Shown here in pieces: positions 42,378 through 53,763 of a stretch of DNA of 64,000 nucleotides (the stretch's first letter is position 1; each line of letters starts with the position of its first letter). The notes beneath the pieces were generated by a model. It ran no database searches and was not told where the DNA came from. It saw only the letters and a program-made list of their open reading frames with translations. A program made the translations under genes and the position numbers. The DNA comes from Perkinsus chesapeaki ATCC PRA-425 (taxonomy: Eukaryota; Protista; Perkinsozoa). The stretch is from NCBI GenBank assembly GCA_013115145.1, contig JAAPAO010000135.1, positions 2,486 through 66,485 of the forward strand, read 5' to 3'.

Positions 42378-43164
42378 TGTCACAGGAGTCCTGTGAGATG
42401 AAACCGCTGAGTGTGGGAGATTGGAGGAAGTTCGAGGGTCCCGTGCTGGTACCAGCGGCCAGGTGGCGGATCGTAGTCATGAGACATAAAACGCGCGCTG
42501 ACGGGAGCCCGAAGACCCAGCAGGTCCGCAGCTGCAACGTGAGAAGCAAAGATGATGTAATACATCAGATGCATTGAGACACCAACTAGGCCTCACGGCT
42601 ACAAGTGCTGAGCTGCCAGGCCCAACCACACTCCTGGCAAAAAAAGAAAGGGGGGAAGCAGGGATACCACTGCGCGATGCAGACGGTGCGTAACCTGAGT
42701 TCCGACCCTGCCACCGCGGCACTAGTGGCAGTGCTTCAAAAGTCGCCAGCCGTCTAGCTCAAGACCGTAGTTCAGTCGGGGCCCGCACACTTCGTCCCGG
42801 TCCCATTCCACCGCCGAAACCGTTGGGCGACGCTCCGGTTTCGGGGGAATCTTCATAGTTCGCAGGCTGCACAGCGCACAGCGCGTCAGGATTCACCAGG
42901 TCACTCCCACTGCTGTTTTACGCGCGTCGAATCCTACGGATTTAACTTGGAAGTAAACGAAGAAGTGCTACCTGCCAACCAGGATCGATTAAAGCAGTTC
43001 TGCTGTCATTATTCACTGTCGGCATTACGACTCTTCGAAGTTATCAAGGAAATCAGGTTGGAGTGCTTGATTTGATCATCAATCGTGTTTACGTTCCGAG
43101 GGAAGAAGGCCCGAAGCTTTTGATTATCTCTTACCGCACAAACCCCATATCACAGCACTCTACA
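42378..43164 (+). mobile_element. Possible 3' remnant of an LTR retrotransposon
   Basis: 20-nt polypurine tract AAAAAAAGAAAGGGGGGAAG (42639-42658), preceded by a weak integrase-C-terminus-like peptide and followed by GC-rich sequence with a CTCTACA end. No partner LTR in the window. Confidence 0.38.
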
Positions 43165-43549
43165 TGTTGTAGTGGAGAGCCGATACTGTAAGCATTTCCC
43201 AGACATACACTTGCACACTTATATATATTTCTTGCCGCACAATAACTGTCCCCTTAGCTAATTGTCCAGTTATTGCTGTTGTTACTTATTGCTATTGTTG
43301 GGTACATGTTGTGTTAACTATGGATCCTAAGGAAACACCCGAACAATACCACAGTTTGTATACACAATCAATGCACCACGTGTTTCCAAAATAAGCATTG
43401 GTGGGAACCCTGAAAGTTAAACTCTATGCAATGCCTGGGAGATGTTTTGTCACGCGCAGCCTTTGGAGACAAAACAGGATCGTTGACCTCGTGAAAGCTT
43501 AGGTATCCGATGACTAGTGTTCAAATAAACTATTGACACAGCTGAAATA

Positions 43550-43783
43550 CAGTGGCGTAGCTGGGTACTTGACAGTGGGGGGGCAAGGTGGGGGCAGACC
43601 TACACCGCTAAGGGTCAATTACTGTCCCCAAAACCCATACCCCATAGCACCCATACCTGCCAGCAGGAGGGGCAGCGTGGGGGGCGAGCACCGCTGCAGG
43701 GGGGCTACCAGGCTAAGGTTAACATTGGTCGTTTCACTGATTTGTGCACTTTGCTCATGGGCAGCCATAGTGTGACGCCATTA
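43550..43783. mobile_element. Possible decayed hAT-like MITE
   Basis: Starts CAGTGGCGTAGC with a G-rich interior; ends with a partial inverse (GTGACGCCATTA, 8/12). No TSD. Confidence 0.25.
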
Positions 43784-43991
43784 CTTCTGCGATAGTTTTG
43801 GACTTCTTAATGCTGCCGAAATTCCAAATATGATGCTACCAACTCAACTAACTGTGAAAGAATGTGTTAATAGTGTTAATAACAGCATGAAAGGATATAA
43901 AAAGTATAAATTAATAAATGAAATATGAAATATGCATAAGCTCTGCAATACTGAACAGCTGGCTGCCAGCTGCTGGCATAATATCCACTAT

Positions 43992-44408
43992 TCAGATAGT
44001 CTGTGATTGTTTTTGTATCTTGATGAGTTCTCTTTCCACAACCACATTGTAACTTGTACCCTCATCGACCTCGATAAACATGGTGAAGTCATCAGTCGAG
44101 TAGCTTCGCTCAGGACATATCGTATTCAAATCATTTATCATCATCTCTATATCTTCAAGGTCATCTTCCGTTACATGAAATACAGACTCCTCAAAATCAG
44201 GGTCTGCCTCAATACCCACAGTGCTGGAGGCCGGTCTTTTAGTAGCATTGCAGGTCACCTCCATGTTGACATATGCACCAGGAGGGTCATGGAATGTAAA
44301 ATCAATATAAAGGTAAGGGTTGGTAACTTCCCCTTTGTAAGTGCCGTTCGGGTAGACGGCGTGAGACTGAGAGATCATCCAGATGAGGAGTACCGTGTAG
44401 AAGGGCAT
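43992..44408 (-). CDS. Small secreted protein, tandem copy 1
   Basis: Signal MPFYTVLLIWMISQSHA, then VYPNGTYKGEVTNP; two conserved Cys. Confidence 0.85.
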   Translation of the reverse strand: MPFYTVLLIWMISQSHAVYPNGTYKGEVTNPYLYIDFTFHDPPGAYVNMEVTCNATKRPASSTVGIEADPDFEESVFHVTEDDLEDIEMMINDLNTICPERSYSTDDFTMFIEVDEGTSYNVVVERELIKIQKQSQTI

Positions 44409-45560
44409 GTCCAATAGTAGAGATGTAACACTAAATACATACTTGTTCTCCTATAGCTTCCAAAGCGCAATATTCTGCCCTCACAAATAGAAATTTGGAC
44501 AGCTCTGTACAGGGATCGAAATATATAGGTTCCAGTGGCTCGCAGCTGCTTCAGTGAAGTATCGGGGGGGTCCTTCACAGTGTACCAGGTTAGAGGTGAC
44601 GGCGGGGAGTGTGTGCATGCGTTTAGGGAACGCCTGCGCGATGGTAAACGCCGTTCAGCAATCGCTTCGCAACGGAAATTCTGTTGCAGAATCCCCATTT
44701 GTGATAGTATGATACTATTAGTATCCATTGTGCAAGCGCGACAAGTATCTCCTGCGGCCCGCAGGCTGCGGGAGCAAACGTAGAAATGTCACTTGCGTCC
44801 AATGTCTGCGATGCTTGGGAGCAGCTCTATCACGCGCCACGTTCGGCAATAAGACAAGATCGTTATGCGATGCATGCGTCCAGATCATTGTGATGCACGT
44901 ACACGCAAACACAATATACAATAGACGTTCATGAACCGCTTTGGGCGAAATACTGGTATATTGAGGCCAAACGAGGCGATTCTGAGCCAGTTGTTTGTTA
45001 TTTTTTTTAAATCCTAGGTAGGGAGATGTCTCTCGATGGTTAATGAACTGATTTACATAAATCGACAGAGTATTGTCATAAATTATTACTCATAATACCA
45101 TCGTAGACATGGATAGCACCAATCTCTCAAACAATCATCGAATTATAACTTATTTGAGATTCAGTGCTCTCCCCTTCCCACACTCCCGTACCATGGGTTT
45201 TTACACGGTTAAAATCGGTGAGTTATACAATTAGTGTCTGAATTTCTGACGGCAGCTTGAATAGCGCGGGAGACGGAGTAGTTACTTTTGATATGGTCCT
45301 GGAGTTGTAAACAGTCTTGGATACAATCGGCCGGGATCATCGGTATACTAGAAACTCAACTAACTGTGAAAGAGAGCGTTGATAGTGCTACTAACAGCAT
45401 GAAGATAGAAAAGATAGATGTGTCGTAATGACATGCTGAAGTCTCGAATGTTCGAAATGAAGTATGAAATATGTCTTAGCTTCGCAATACCGAATAGCGG
45501 AGCATAATAGTCACATGCTCTATGTGACATAGGTTTCCATCCAGATAGCCTAAAGATTCC

Positions 45561-45980
45561 TTAGTAAGGAATCTTTTGTATCTTGACAGGTTCTTGGTTC
45601 ACATACACATTGTAACTAACACCCTTGTCGACCTCGATGAACACAGTGAAGTCACCTATCGAATAGTCTCGGCCAGGACACGTCATATCCAAATCAGCTG
45701 TCATTTGCTGTATAGAGTCTATGTCAATTCCCGATACATAGAACTTAGTCTCATAAGAACCCCTCGCCGCCTCAATACCCACAGTACTGGAGGCCGGCCC
45801 TTTAGTATCATCACAGGTCACATGCATGTCGACATAAGGAGTCTCTGGATAAGGGGGCTCATAAAAGATACAATTAATGGATAGGTAAGGGTTGGTAACT
45901 TCCCCTTTGTAAGTGCCGTTCGGGTAAACGGCGTGGGACTCAGAGATCATCCAGATGAGGAGTACCGTGTAGAAGGGCAT
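45561..45980 (-). CDS. Small secreted protein, tandem copy 2
   Basis: 32 of the first 33 residues identical to copy 1; shared flanks (about 43840-44660 versus 45350-46200). Confidence 0.85.
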   Translation of the reverse strand: MPFYTVLLIWMISESHAVYPNGTYKGEVTNPYLSINCIFYEPPYPETPYVDMHVTCDDTKGPASSTVGIEAARGSYETKFYVSGIDIDSIQQMTADLDMTCPGRDYSIGDFTVFIEVDKGVSYNVYVNQEPVKIQKIPY

Positions 45981-47024
45981 GTCCAATAGTAGAGATGTAA
46001 CACTAAATACATACTTGTTCTCCTATAGCTTCCAAAGCGCAATAGTCTGCCCTCACGAATAGAAATTTGGACAGCTCTCTACTGAGATCGAACTATACAG
46101 GTTTCAGTATCTCGCAGCTACTCCTCATAGTAATAGTTCGGGGAGGATGTGCACTTAGCGCATGCGTTCAGTGAACGCAATGGTGCACGCCGTTCACCCT
46201 TGGTGCCTTAGCAAGGCTGCCTAATGCGAGCCTAACTAAGTGTGGCTTATTTCAGCTCATTTCCCTATATTTCATTATCATTGTATGCATTGGTGCTCAG
46301 CGTTAGTCTTCAGAGAAGGCCGTTTGAACTCCGAACATTGGGTTATGGAAGCCATCCAGAAAGCGCGCACATTATGTGCGTAGAAGATCATCGATCGAGG
46401 GACTATAGTTGCCGAGCAACACCGCCAATACGTTCGGGTATCCGGCACAGTTATAACTTTTATATAAGGAAGCTGCTGTCTAGGATTTGAGCTCGAGATG
46501 ATCAGTGAGGGCTTCACGGAAAGCGTTTATAGTCCATTACTTCGCACCGGAGCTAAAACGCACGCACCACAGTGCGTGTTGCATTACTCGATATGAAGCT
46601 TGTGCACTGCAACGGTACAAAGGCTTCAGTCACAATTATTTTACTTTAGCCGAAATCTGTCGGCAATGGGAGTTGCTGTCAGCAAAGACTGCTGGTGAAA
46701 TATAATGCCTCCCAGCGAGTGAGCTGTTCTCCGCGTCTTCGGCGTCGATCGGTATACGATCCGAGATTCTCAGTCATGGAGGTACCTTATGCACTTGAGC
46801 TCCGATAGATGGTAACACTTCTAGCTGCTGGTTCTTGGAATGCAAGCCTGAAGCTACTCGTATTGACAGTTGGATTTGGCGCTCAGGCAAACTTGTCTCC
46901 TTTGTGTTATAACGGTGCGCGAATTACACGATATGGTTCCATTAGAGTATAGTCCTAAATAGTTATGACTCTTTGATGTTTAAAACAAAACAAACTATTC
47001 ATTGGAAACGTTAAGACAGATTGC

Positions 47025-50000
47025 TTATAGATCATCTGACAGTTGTATATCATCGTCAGCTTGTCCAGTAGTATCCAAAGCGAGTAAGCCACCGAGATCA
47101 CGATAGTACCTACAAAAGCAACAGCTCTACGACATAAGGCTCATATCGGAGTACCCTAAACCACGAGATCCCATTTTAAATGAGAATCCTTCCTTTTCTC
47201 CCGAGAACGACGAAGCTTCAATGAAGTCGAGCTTCTCCTCTTGAAGTCTCAATCGCTTCGCAACAGAGTCTCCAGTTCCATCGTCACGTCGTCCTGCAGG
47301 CAATTTCCCAGATTCCAACTACTAAGGTTTCTCACCTCGCTTTCTCTCGGCTAACCTTTCCGCAGCAGCCATAGGGTCCGCCTAAAGTACACATCACGGT
47401 GACTCACGGAGAGCCCTCCAAACCTGATCGTCGTCTCCTTCCCCATCTTGCTTGTCCCTCTCCAACTGTTCGGTTATCTGATGACTTATATCAGTGGCGT
47501 TGAAATGTTGTCTGGAATATTGTGCCATAACACTTCGCCAAATCCGCCTCAATTCACGGTATCTGACCAACTCTGGGACGACGTTAAGATCTTCATCCCC
47601 CTACGTATCAGCATTGCCGTAAGCGAGCTCGAACTCCTTCCATTCGTCCCAGAAGTTACCAATGTAATCTTCGCTCTTTTCTTTGCCTAACATCAGTAAT
47701 ATTTTCGTTTATCTGTGCAAGCTGTTGTTTACTTGGGTCACAGTATTGACTGCAATGCTTCAGGATCGCACGTGCTCTATCAATCTCCCCCATCGCTCTT
47801 TCAATATTACTATACCTGCTTTAAAACCTAACCACAACTCACCACACTGCTACACCTACTGGAGACACATCTGCACGATCTGCCGGTCGCTGTCAAGAGT
47901 CGCTGATTGACACAAGTGATGTTAGAAATTTACCGACTATCTTACCAATTGCTTCTTCATAGATTGGCCTCGTAGCAGGAGCCCCGAGAAGGTCGACCGT
48001 TTTAGCGAGGAGGAGATTGTACCTTAGAAAGTATCCATTGATCTGGGGCGAGCGAGAGTTGGCTTACATGCGAACCCGCTCATTCTTTTCAACCTTGGCA
48101 ACTCCACGGTGGAGAATCTTTAAAGATTCCTTTGCCAAGCCATACCTCTCCTCAAACTGGGCATACATCTGATACCTGAAATTAAGTGTCGATCCAATAA
48201 CATCATCAGCCTGTCATCTTACATCATTCGACAATACTTAGCAGGGCAATGAGCCAATGCATGATCGAATAGCTCTCGTGCACGCTCAAGCTTAGATCCT
48301 TTATAACGCTTGGTGAACTTCGATAAATAAAGTACCTAACCGCAAGGGATGATCTCTGACCAGGCCTCCGAAGTTAATAGATAGGGCAATCGGTGGCGCT
48401 CAGGATAATGAAATTGCGTGGAATGGTCGCCTCTAGCAAACCATAGCAGAGCCCTTCTCGAAAACGACATGACTTTATTCCTACCAAAAGGTTACAGTCG
48501 GAACTTTCCTTAAACTTACCCAGATATCCTTGGCATGCGGCCATCTGAACAGACTGACGGCGCGCTCGTACACTTGAAAAGACTTCTCGAAATATTTATT
48601 TTCCTCCTCAAATTGAGCATAATCAATACCTGACAGCCTCCTACTGTACAGCTAAAGATGGGAACCTTACATGTCTGCGGTGTAGCAACTTTCAAATCTA
48701 TCATTCTGTCATAAACCGCGCGCGTAGTGTCCTAAAATGTACGCTTCAACGAAAGATACGTGCGCACGCGTGCATACCAAATTTTTAGCAATGAATCTTT
48801 CACAATCGGCCGCCAAGTGCCACAAGCGAACACTTCTCTGCAGCTGGGCTTGAACTGTACCAGGCTCCGCTCCCTTGTACTGCCCGACCGCGCGCCGCGA
48901 AATCTCCAACGCCTGAAATCATTAATATTCTTCTCGATTTCCACCATAACCAACCTGTTTGTTATTCTTCTGTTGGATTTCCATTTCAATCCAAGAGCAC
49001 CAAATCGAGGCCAACTCATCTGAGTTTCTAAACTCTACCTTAACTGCCTTCTCATAGACCGCTCGCGCATTCGCCAGATCTTTGCCAGTATTAACGTAAT
49101 AACTGAAATAACAAAAGTCCAACTGTGGTCAGTTACTCAACGGTGGTGGGAGTCTGTATGTCGACCGTTAGCTTTTTACCAACGACACTTTGTTCAATTT
49201 CGAGGGCATCACGCAGTTTACATTTTATAATAATGACTCATTTCCACAAAGCTGGCGGTTTCGGATACTTGGGCATTTCTTTAAAGGGGTTAGAAAACTT
49301 CTCCACTAGTATGAACTTCATTATCGTCTATATCTGCATGCACGTGTCGATAGGTATATCGCAACTGTTGCTGCTGCTGCTGTTCATTAGCATTTTTCCC
49401 AAAGTAAACTAGCATCAGTGCCAGAACCTCTAGTGTATCCAGCTGCACGCTGTTCCAGCTTGTCTTGAAGATATCTTCTTACTTAGCAAATTCAATCCAG
49501 AGACGGCTCAGCCTCCCATCAGCTTGATTCGGATCAACTGTCTTCACCCCCTCAGCGAAGGTTTCTGATAGGACGTCAACTCGCCACGAAACTATACTGT
49601 CAAACAAACCTTACTAATGACAGTCAGAGGGTCATCACGGAAGAGCTTGGCACGGGAGATCCACTCGGACACATTATTAGGATTTTGACGAAGTTTCACT
49701 TGAGATTGCAAATCCAATCTTCGATCGATCAACTTAGCAAGCACCTGGAAATGGCCATGTTACCCGCATCACAACTGACAGTCCGGAATAAAGGCCATCA
49801 TATAGAAGCTCCATCTTCACACTGGTCGACCGGGGAATGCTGGAGGAGAGGAAGGCAGGACTAGTTTACTTCTTTGATGACACTATATGAGTCTCCATTA
49901 TATCACGTTGCTAGGGATACTGCGACAACAAGTCAAATATAGCCATTTTAACTGTAGCAACCCGACCATGCCTATCCAAGGTGAACGGTAGGCACACAGA

Positions 50001-52497
50001 ATGATGGACAACTTGTCCTGGTTCACAAGGTTCATTCTTATTCCACTCCACAGAGAGTAACCTTCCTTTTCTTTTCAAACTCCATTCTATCCGTTAAATA
50101 TTCCTGTAATACCCGAAAATGCAACATGCCGGGATCGAACCTGCGTCCCTCACCTCGACCAGCAGATCAGCAGTCGATCCAGCTGTATCCTCTTCCCCCT
50201 CTTCGTTCTCCTCTTCCATCTCGCTGTACACAGTCACTAAGTTCTCAAGATATCTTTGATAAGCCTCGAAAACTAATGAGAAATCTCGCACAGTGGAGAT
50301 GCTCTCCAATGCTTCTTCATACACATCACGAGCCTAGCGGAGCGAAGCGTTGCATGTTTACCATGTTTAACATTTCAAACACATACCTTGCCGAAGTTGC
50401 CCAATTGGACATAGTAGTCTGCCAAGCTGTTCCATAGGCGGCCGGTTTGGTCCGAAAACTTCGCTATTGCAGAGCGTACTATCGCATCGACATCGACCGA
50501 CTTAATCGATGGACCTGATGGAAACCAGTGGAAGCCGAGTGGAAGACTTAGTTACATAGATAACCACATAAATGCTAGGAATGGTATCGCTCAATAATGC
50601 GCTCAATTACGAAGTATTTTATTTTCTTCCGCTATGTGGAAAAAACGGCGGGCGTGGGAAACGAACCTCTGCGGGTCTAGCATTGACGATCTACCATCTC
50701 CCGAGGAGAGTCATCTCGATGGCTTACAATGGGCGTGATTGGGTATCATTATGTAAGCCTAATATTCCCATTGTGCGACGGAGCGTATCCAATACCAATT
50801 CTTTATAGTGCGGCGCTATGCTTACCGTGTGTTGTGACCATATCGCATAGCTCCAACCAAAGTTGATGATTGGATTTACCCTCCATCGATATAAAGTCAG
50901 GATCGTTAACCAACTTCATCTAAAATGCAACTACGTGGATTCGAACTTGCGACCTTCCGGTAGAAAGGCAGGCTCCTTAACCACCGTACCAGCAGCTTCG
51001 CAGCTTCATCCCATTGATCCTCCCCTTCTAAATACGCCACATACGTCTCGGCATGTGCCGGCTCCAGCATCAGGTAGCTCCTGAAGAGCTCCCCTCCAGT
51101 CCTCACCGGAACGTTGAGCTCTCTTATCATATTCATCGCCTGAATAACAACACGACAGCAATTATTCCCACAAGGCCTGCCGATAGAGATATGAAAACCC
51201 TGGGTGAAGCTCAGATATTTATATTGATAGAGAGCATTCAAACTGGTACCATCTTATTCCGTACAGCAGCAATCCATGTTAGTGTCATATCGTTGGTTAC
51301 GCTTCTGGTTACATCCGTCTCATCTCGGGAAGCTTTCTTCGCTCCAACCGGCTCAGTTGGAAACTGTCCAACTTTCCTTCACACTTCTCTCTTTTGAAAC
51401 TTTCAACTAGTGTTGGACACTAAAACCTCCGACGAGGTTCGAACGGTATTTTTAATATTCCTTACGAGCAGCCATGGACGGGAATGTGGGAAAGATACGG
51501 CAAACACGGTTATCAGGCACCCCTTCAAAACCTACCAGAGTCCAAACTCTATAGTGCTGAGTGATCGGTAAACTCCTTAAGGCCTCATAAACAACCTGAA
51601 ACGTATCTTCAAAGATATCTTTCTCGACCTCACTTACGTGGCGAGTCGACGTTATCTTCAACCGTTTAGTTAGGAACTGAATGTACTCCTCCCAAATACG
51701 AGGCATCTTGCCCATCACACAAACCGCTCTGGCGTAACACGACTCCACAACGTCATAGGCTGGATCAGTCACGCAGAGATCGGAAACCCAGGACTCCTGA
51801 TGAAAATCATAAACCTTGGCATCCGAACTTCGAATCCTGGGATCCCGAAGATACCGGGATTCGAGATACCTCTGCCTAGCGGAGAGTGGTGGAATAAGAA
51901 AGAGATCTGCTCTGTCATAACAGAACAAACATGACAGTGCCCTTGGCCAGCGAATATTTCGGAAAGCGAGCCGTTTCCAAAGACTCCAAAGACTCTGCAC
52001 TTGGGATCTCCCATTTCACCCAATGTGAGCCCTCGCAACTAGAGAGGCATGGAGGAGCATCACATATACGAGGTATGCCCTTCATATCATATTTCTCAGC
52101 TAGCACTTCTCGATCGCCTATTTCGGCTAGTGAGTTGCTTACCCTTAGCTTGAGATAACTGTGCCATATCTTATAGCATCTTGGAAGCTCCCTCAGAGCT
52201 CTCTCGTGCAGTTGAAACAAAAACTCCATAAAGGCGTCCTGAAATAAATAATAACACTTAAGGCAAAAACACATTTACCTTTAAATCCGCATTTTGTTTC
52301 ATTTCCATCCGTTTCGTAGTCGCCTGTATATAATACCACCACAGGCGCATCGACCCTGGGCTTCGACGAACCTCTTGTTCAAGCTCGACATCAACACATG
52401 CCGACAGATCAACAGAAATGCTCGCAGAGCTTTCTGACACCTCTAGCTGTGCTAAGGAGGGCGGCGGCGGCGCTGCACTCAACACTTTCGCAGCCAT
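47025..52497 (-). CDS. SYF1: Pre-mRNA splicing factor SYF1/XAB2 (HAT repeats), multi-exon
   Basis: [105 protein letters not shown]; ends [10 protein letters not shown]. Confidence 0.95.
50116..50153 (-). pseudogene. tRNA 3'-end-like remnant at the start of a SYF1 intron
   Basis: gtgagggac GCAGG TTCGATC CCGGC ATGTTGC A TTTT; T-stem pairs 4/5. Confidence 0.75.
50920..50999 (-). pseudogene. Near full-length tRNA-like sequence forming a 70-nt SYF1 intron
   Basis: GAAGCTGCTG|gtacGGTGGTTAAGGagcctgc CTTTCTA CCGGA AGGTC GCAAG TTCGAAT CCACG TAGTTGC A TTTT ag. A-box and B-box at tRNA spacing; acceptor stem pairs 6/7 including G-T. Confidence 0.75.
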
Positions 52498-52921
52498 TAA
52501 GGTGAGTCAATCGGCAACACTTACACGAAATTGGCGATACGTAATCGAAACGAACACGTTACTATTGTACTTAATGTACTATATCAAGCGCTTGTGATTC
52601 ATTATTTATGAAAGTGACCGATGATAAGAATCCTCGAGATACGACACGAAGGATACGCTACTTTGACTTGAGCGCGTTTTTCACGTCCAACATTTTCTGA
52701 ATTTGTTCGTAGTGAGTAGAGTCCGAAATAAAGTAGAGGACGGCGAAGTCCGAGCCCAGTCTGAATGGATGAGTACGCAACTAGCAGCTCGATGAGCTGA
52801 TAATGAAAAGAGGTTGTCAAAGGGCATAAAATAAATACTGATAGGCAGCTAGAAAGACAGAAGGTTCTTCCGACCATGTAATGCCGTAACAAAGAAATAA
52901 AGGTGTATTCATAAGCACTCG

Positions 52922-53340
52922 TTAGGGCTCAATGCCAAACATAAGTACTGCGAAATATCTACCGTGCACGGCGTAGATCCAGTTCTCTTCCAACTCCTCA
53001 AAGTTAGAGAAGTCCTCGTACTGGAAGCCGTGATGAGGACACTCATGCGTCAAACGTTTGTTCATTGCCTCCAACCTATTCAGATTCTCGTCATTGAGAT
53101 CGATTCTGAACGCCCTACCCGCCGATCCCGGAGATATCACCAGATCGAACTGGCCATAAACCGCGGGTTCAGTGGTATTGCAGATCACTTGCATGCTCAC
53201 TCTTGGAGAAGGTTTAGTATCAAAGTCACACGCCACAGAGATAAAAGGGTTATTAATATAGCCTTTATAGCGGCCGACAGGTATCACCGCATCACAGAGA
53301 TGCATACTAGAGAGACGAGAAGGATAATGAAGGATGCCAT
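52922..53340 (-). pseudogene. Third, distant member of the 44-46 kb secreted family, with a 1-nt frameshift after the signal peptide
   Basis: MASFIILLVSLVCIS is in one frame; DAVIPVGRYKGYINNP..VICNTT..ECP is in another. Confidence 0.7.
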
Positions 53341-53763
53341 TTACCAGAAGAGATACCACGCCTGAAATGTTGAAGCTATCCTGAGCGAGACATCGGCGAT
53401 AGCTCTTTAAGTGACGCAAAATTTCGCAGAACCGGGGGATGAAAAATCTCCCCGTGAGTTTAAATTTTGCCGAGTAAGAGAACGTGACGTTCTGAACTGT
53501 AGACCAGTCTAAGGAAAGTGACGCGCCTCAGATGGATGATGCCACCAGACTCCATTTCGTAGGACTTCCTGCACCGCAGTGGGCGTACAAAATTCAAGTG
53601 AAGAGAAATGAGGACAATATAATACAGTTAACAATTCAGCTTCGAGTAGCTCATAATGCCAGGATGCCTAGTAGGCTACCAGTTCGTCTTAAATCCAACT
53701 AAAGCCTCCCTCAAAAACACCACCACTAGGGAACGACGCTTTCAACACCAAACAGAACAAGCA

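Noticed and set aside
43165-43185. PBS-like TAGTGGAGAGCCG after the putative LTR end
   Set aside because: Imperfect match to a tRNA-Ala 3' end, and inconsistent with this being a 3' LTR.
51420-51465. TTCGAAC..CGGAGG TTTTAG inside a SYF1 intron
   Set aside because: Weak stem and no clear discriminator; it sits within a longer intron.
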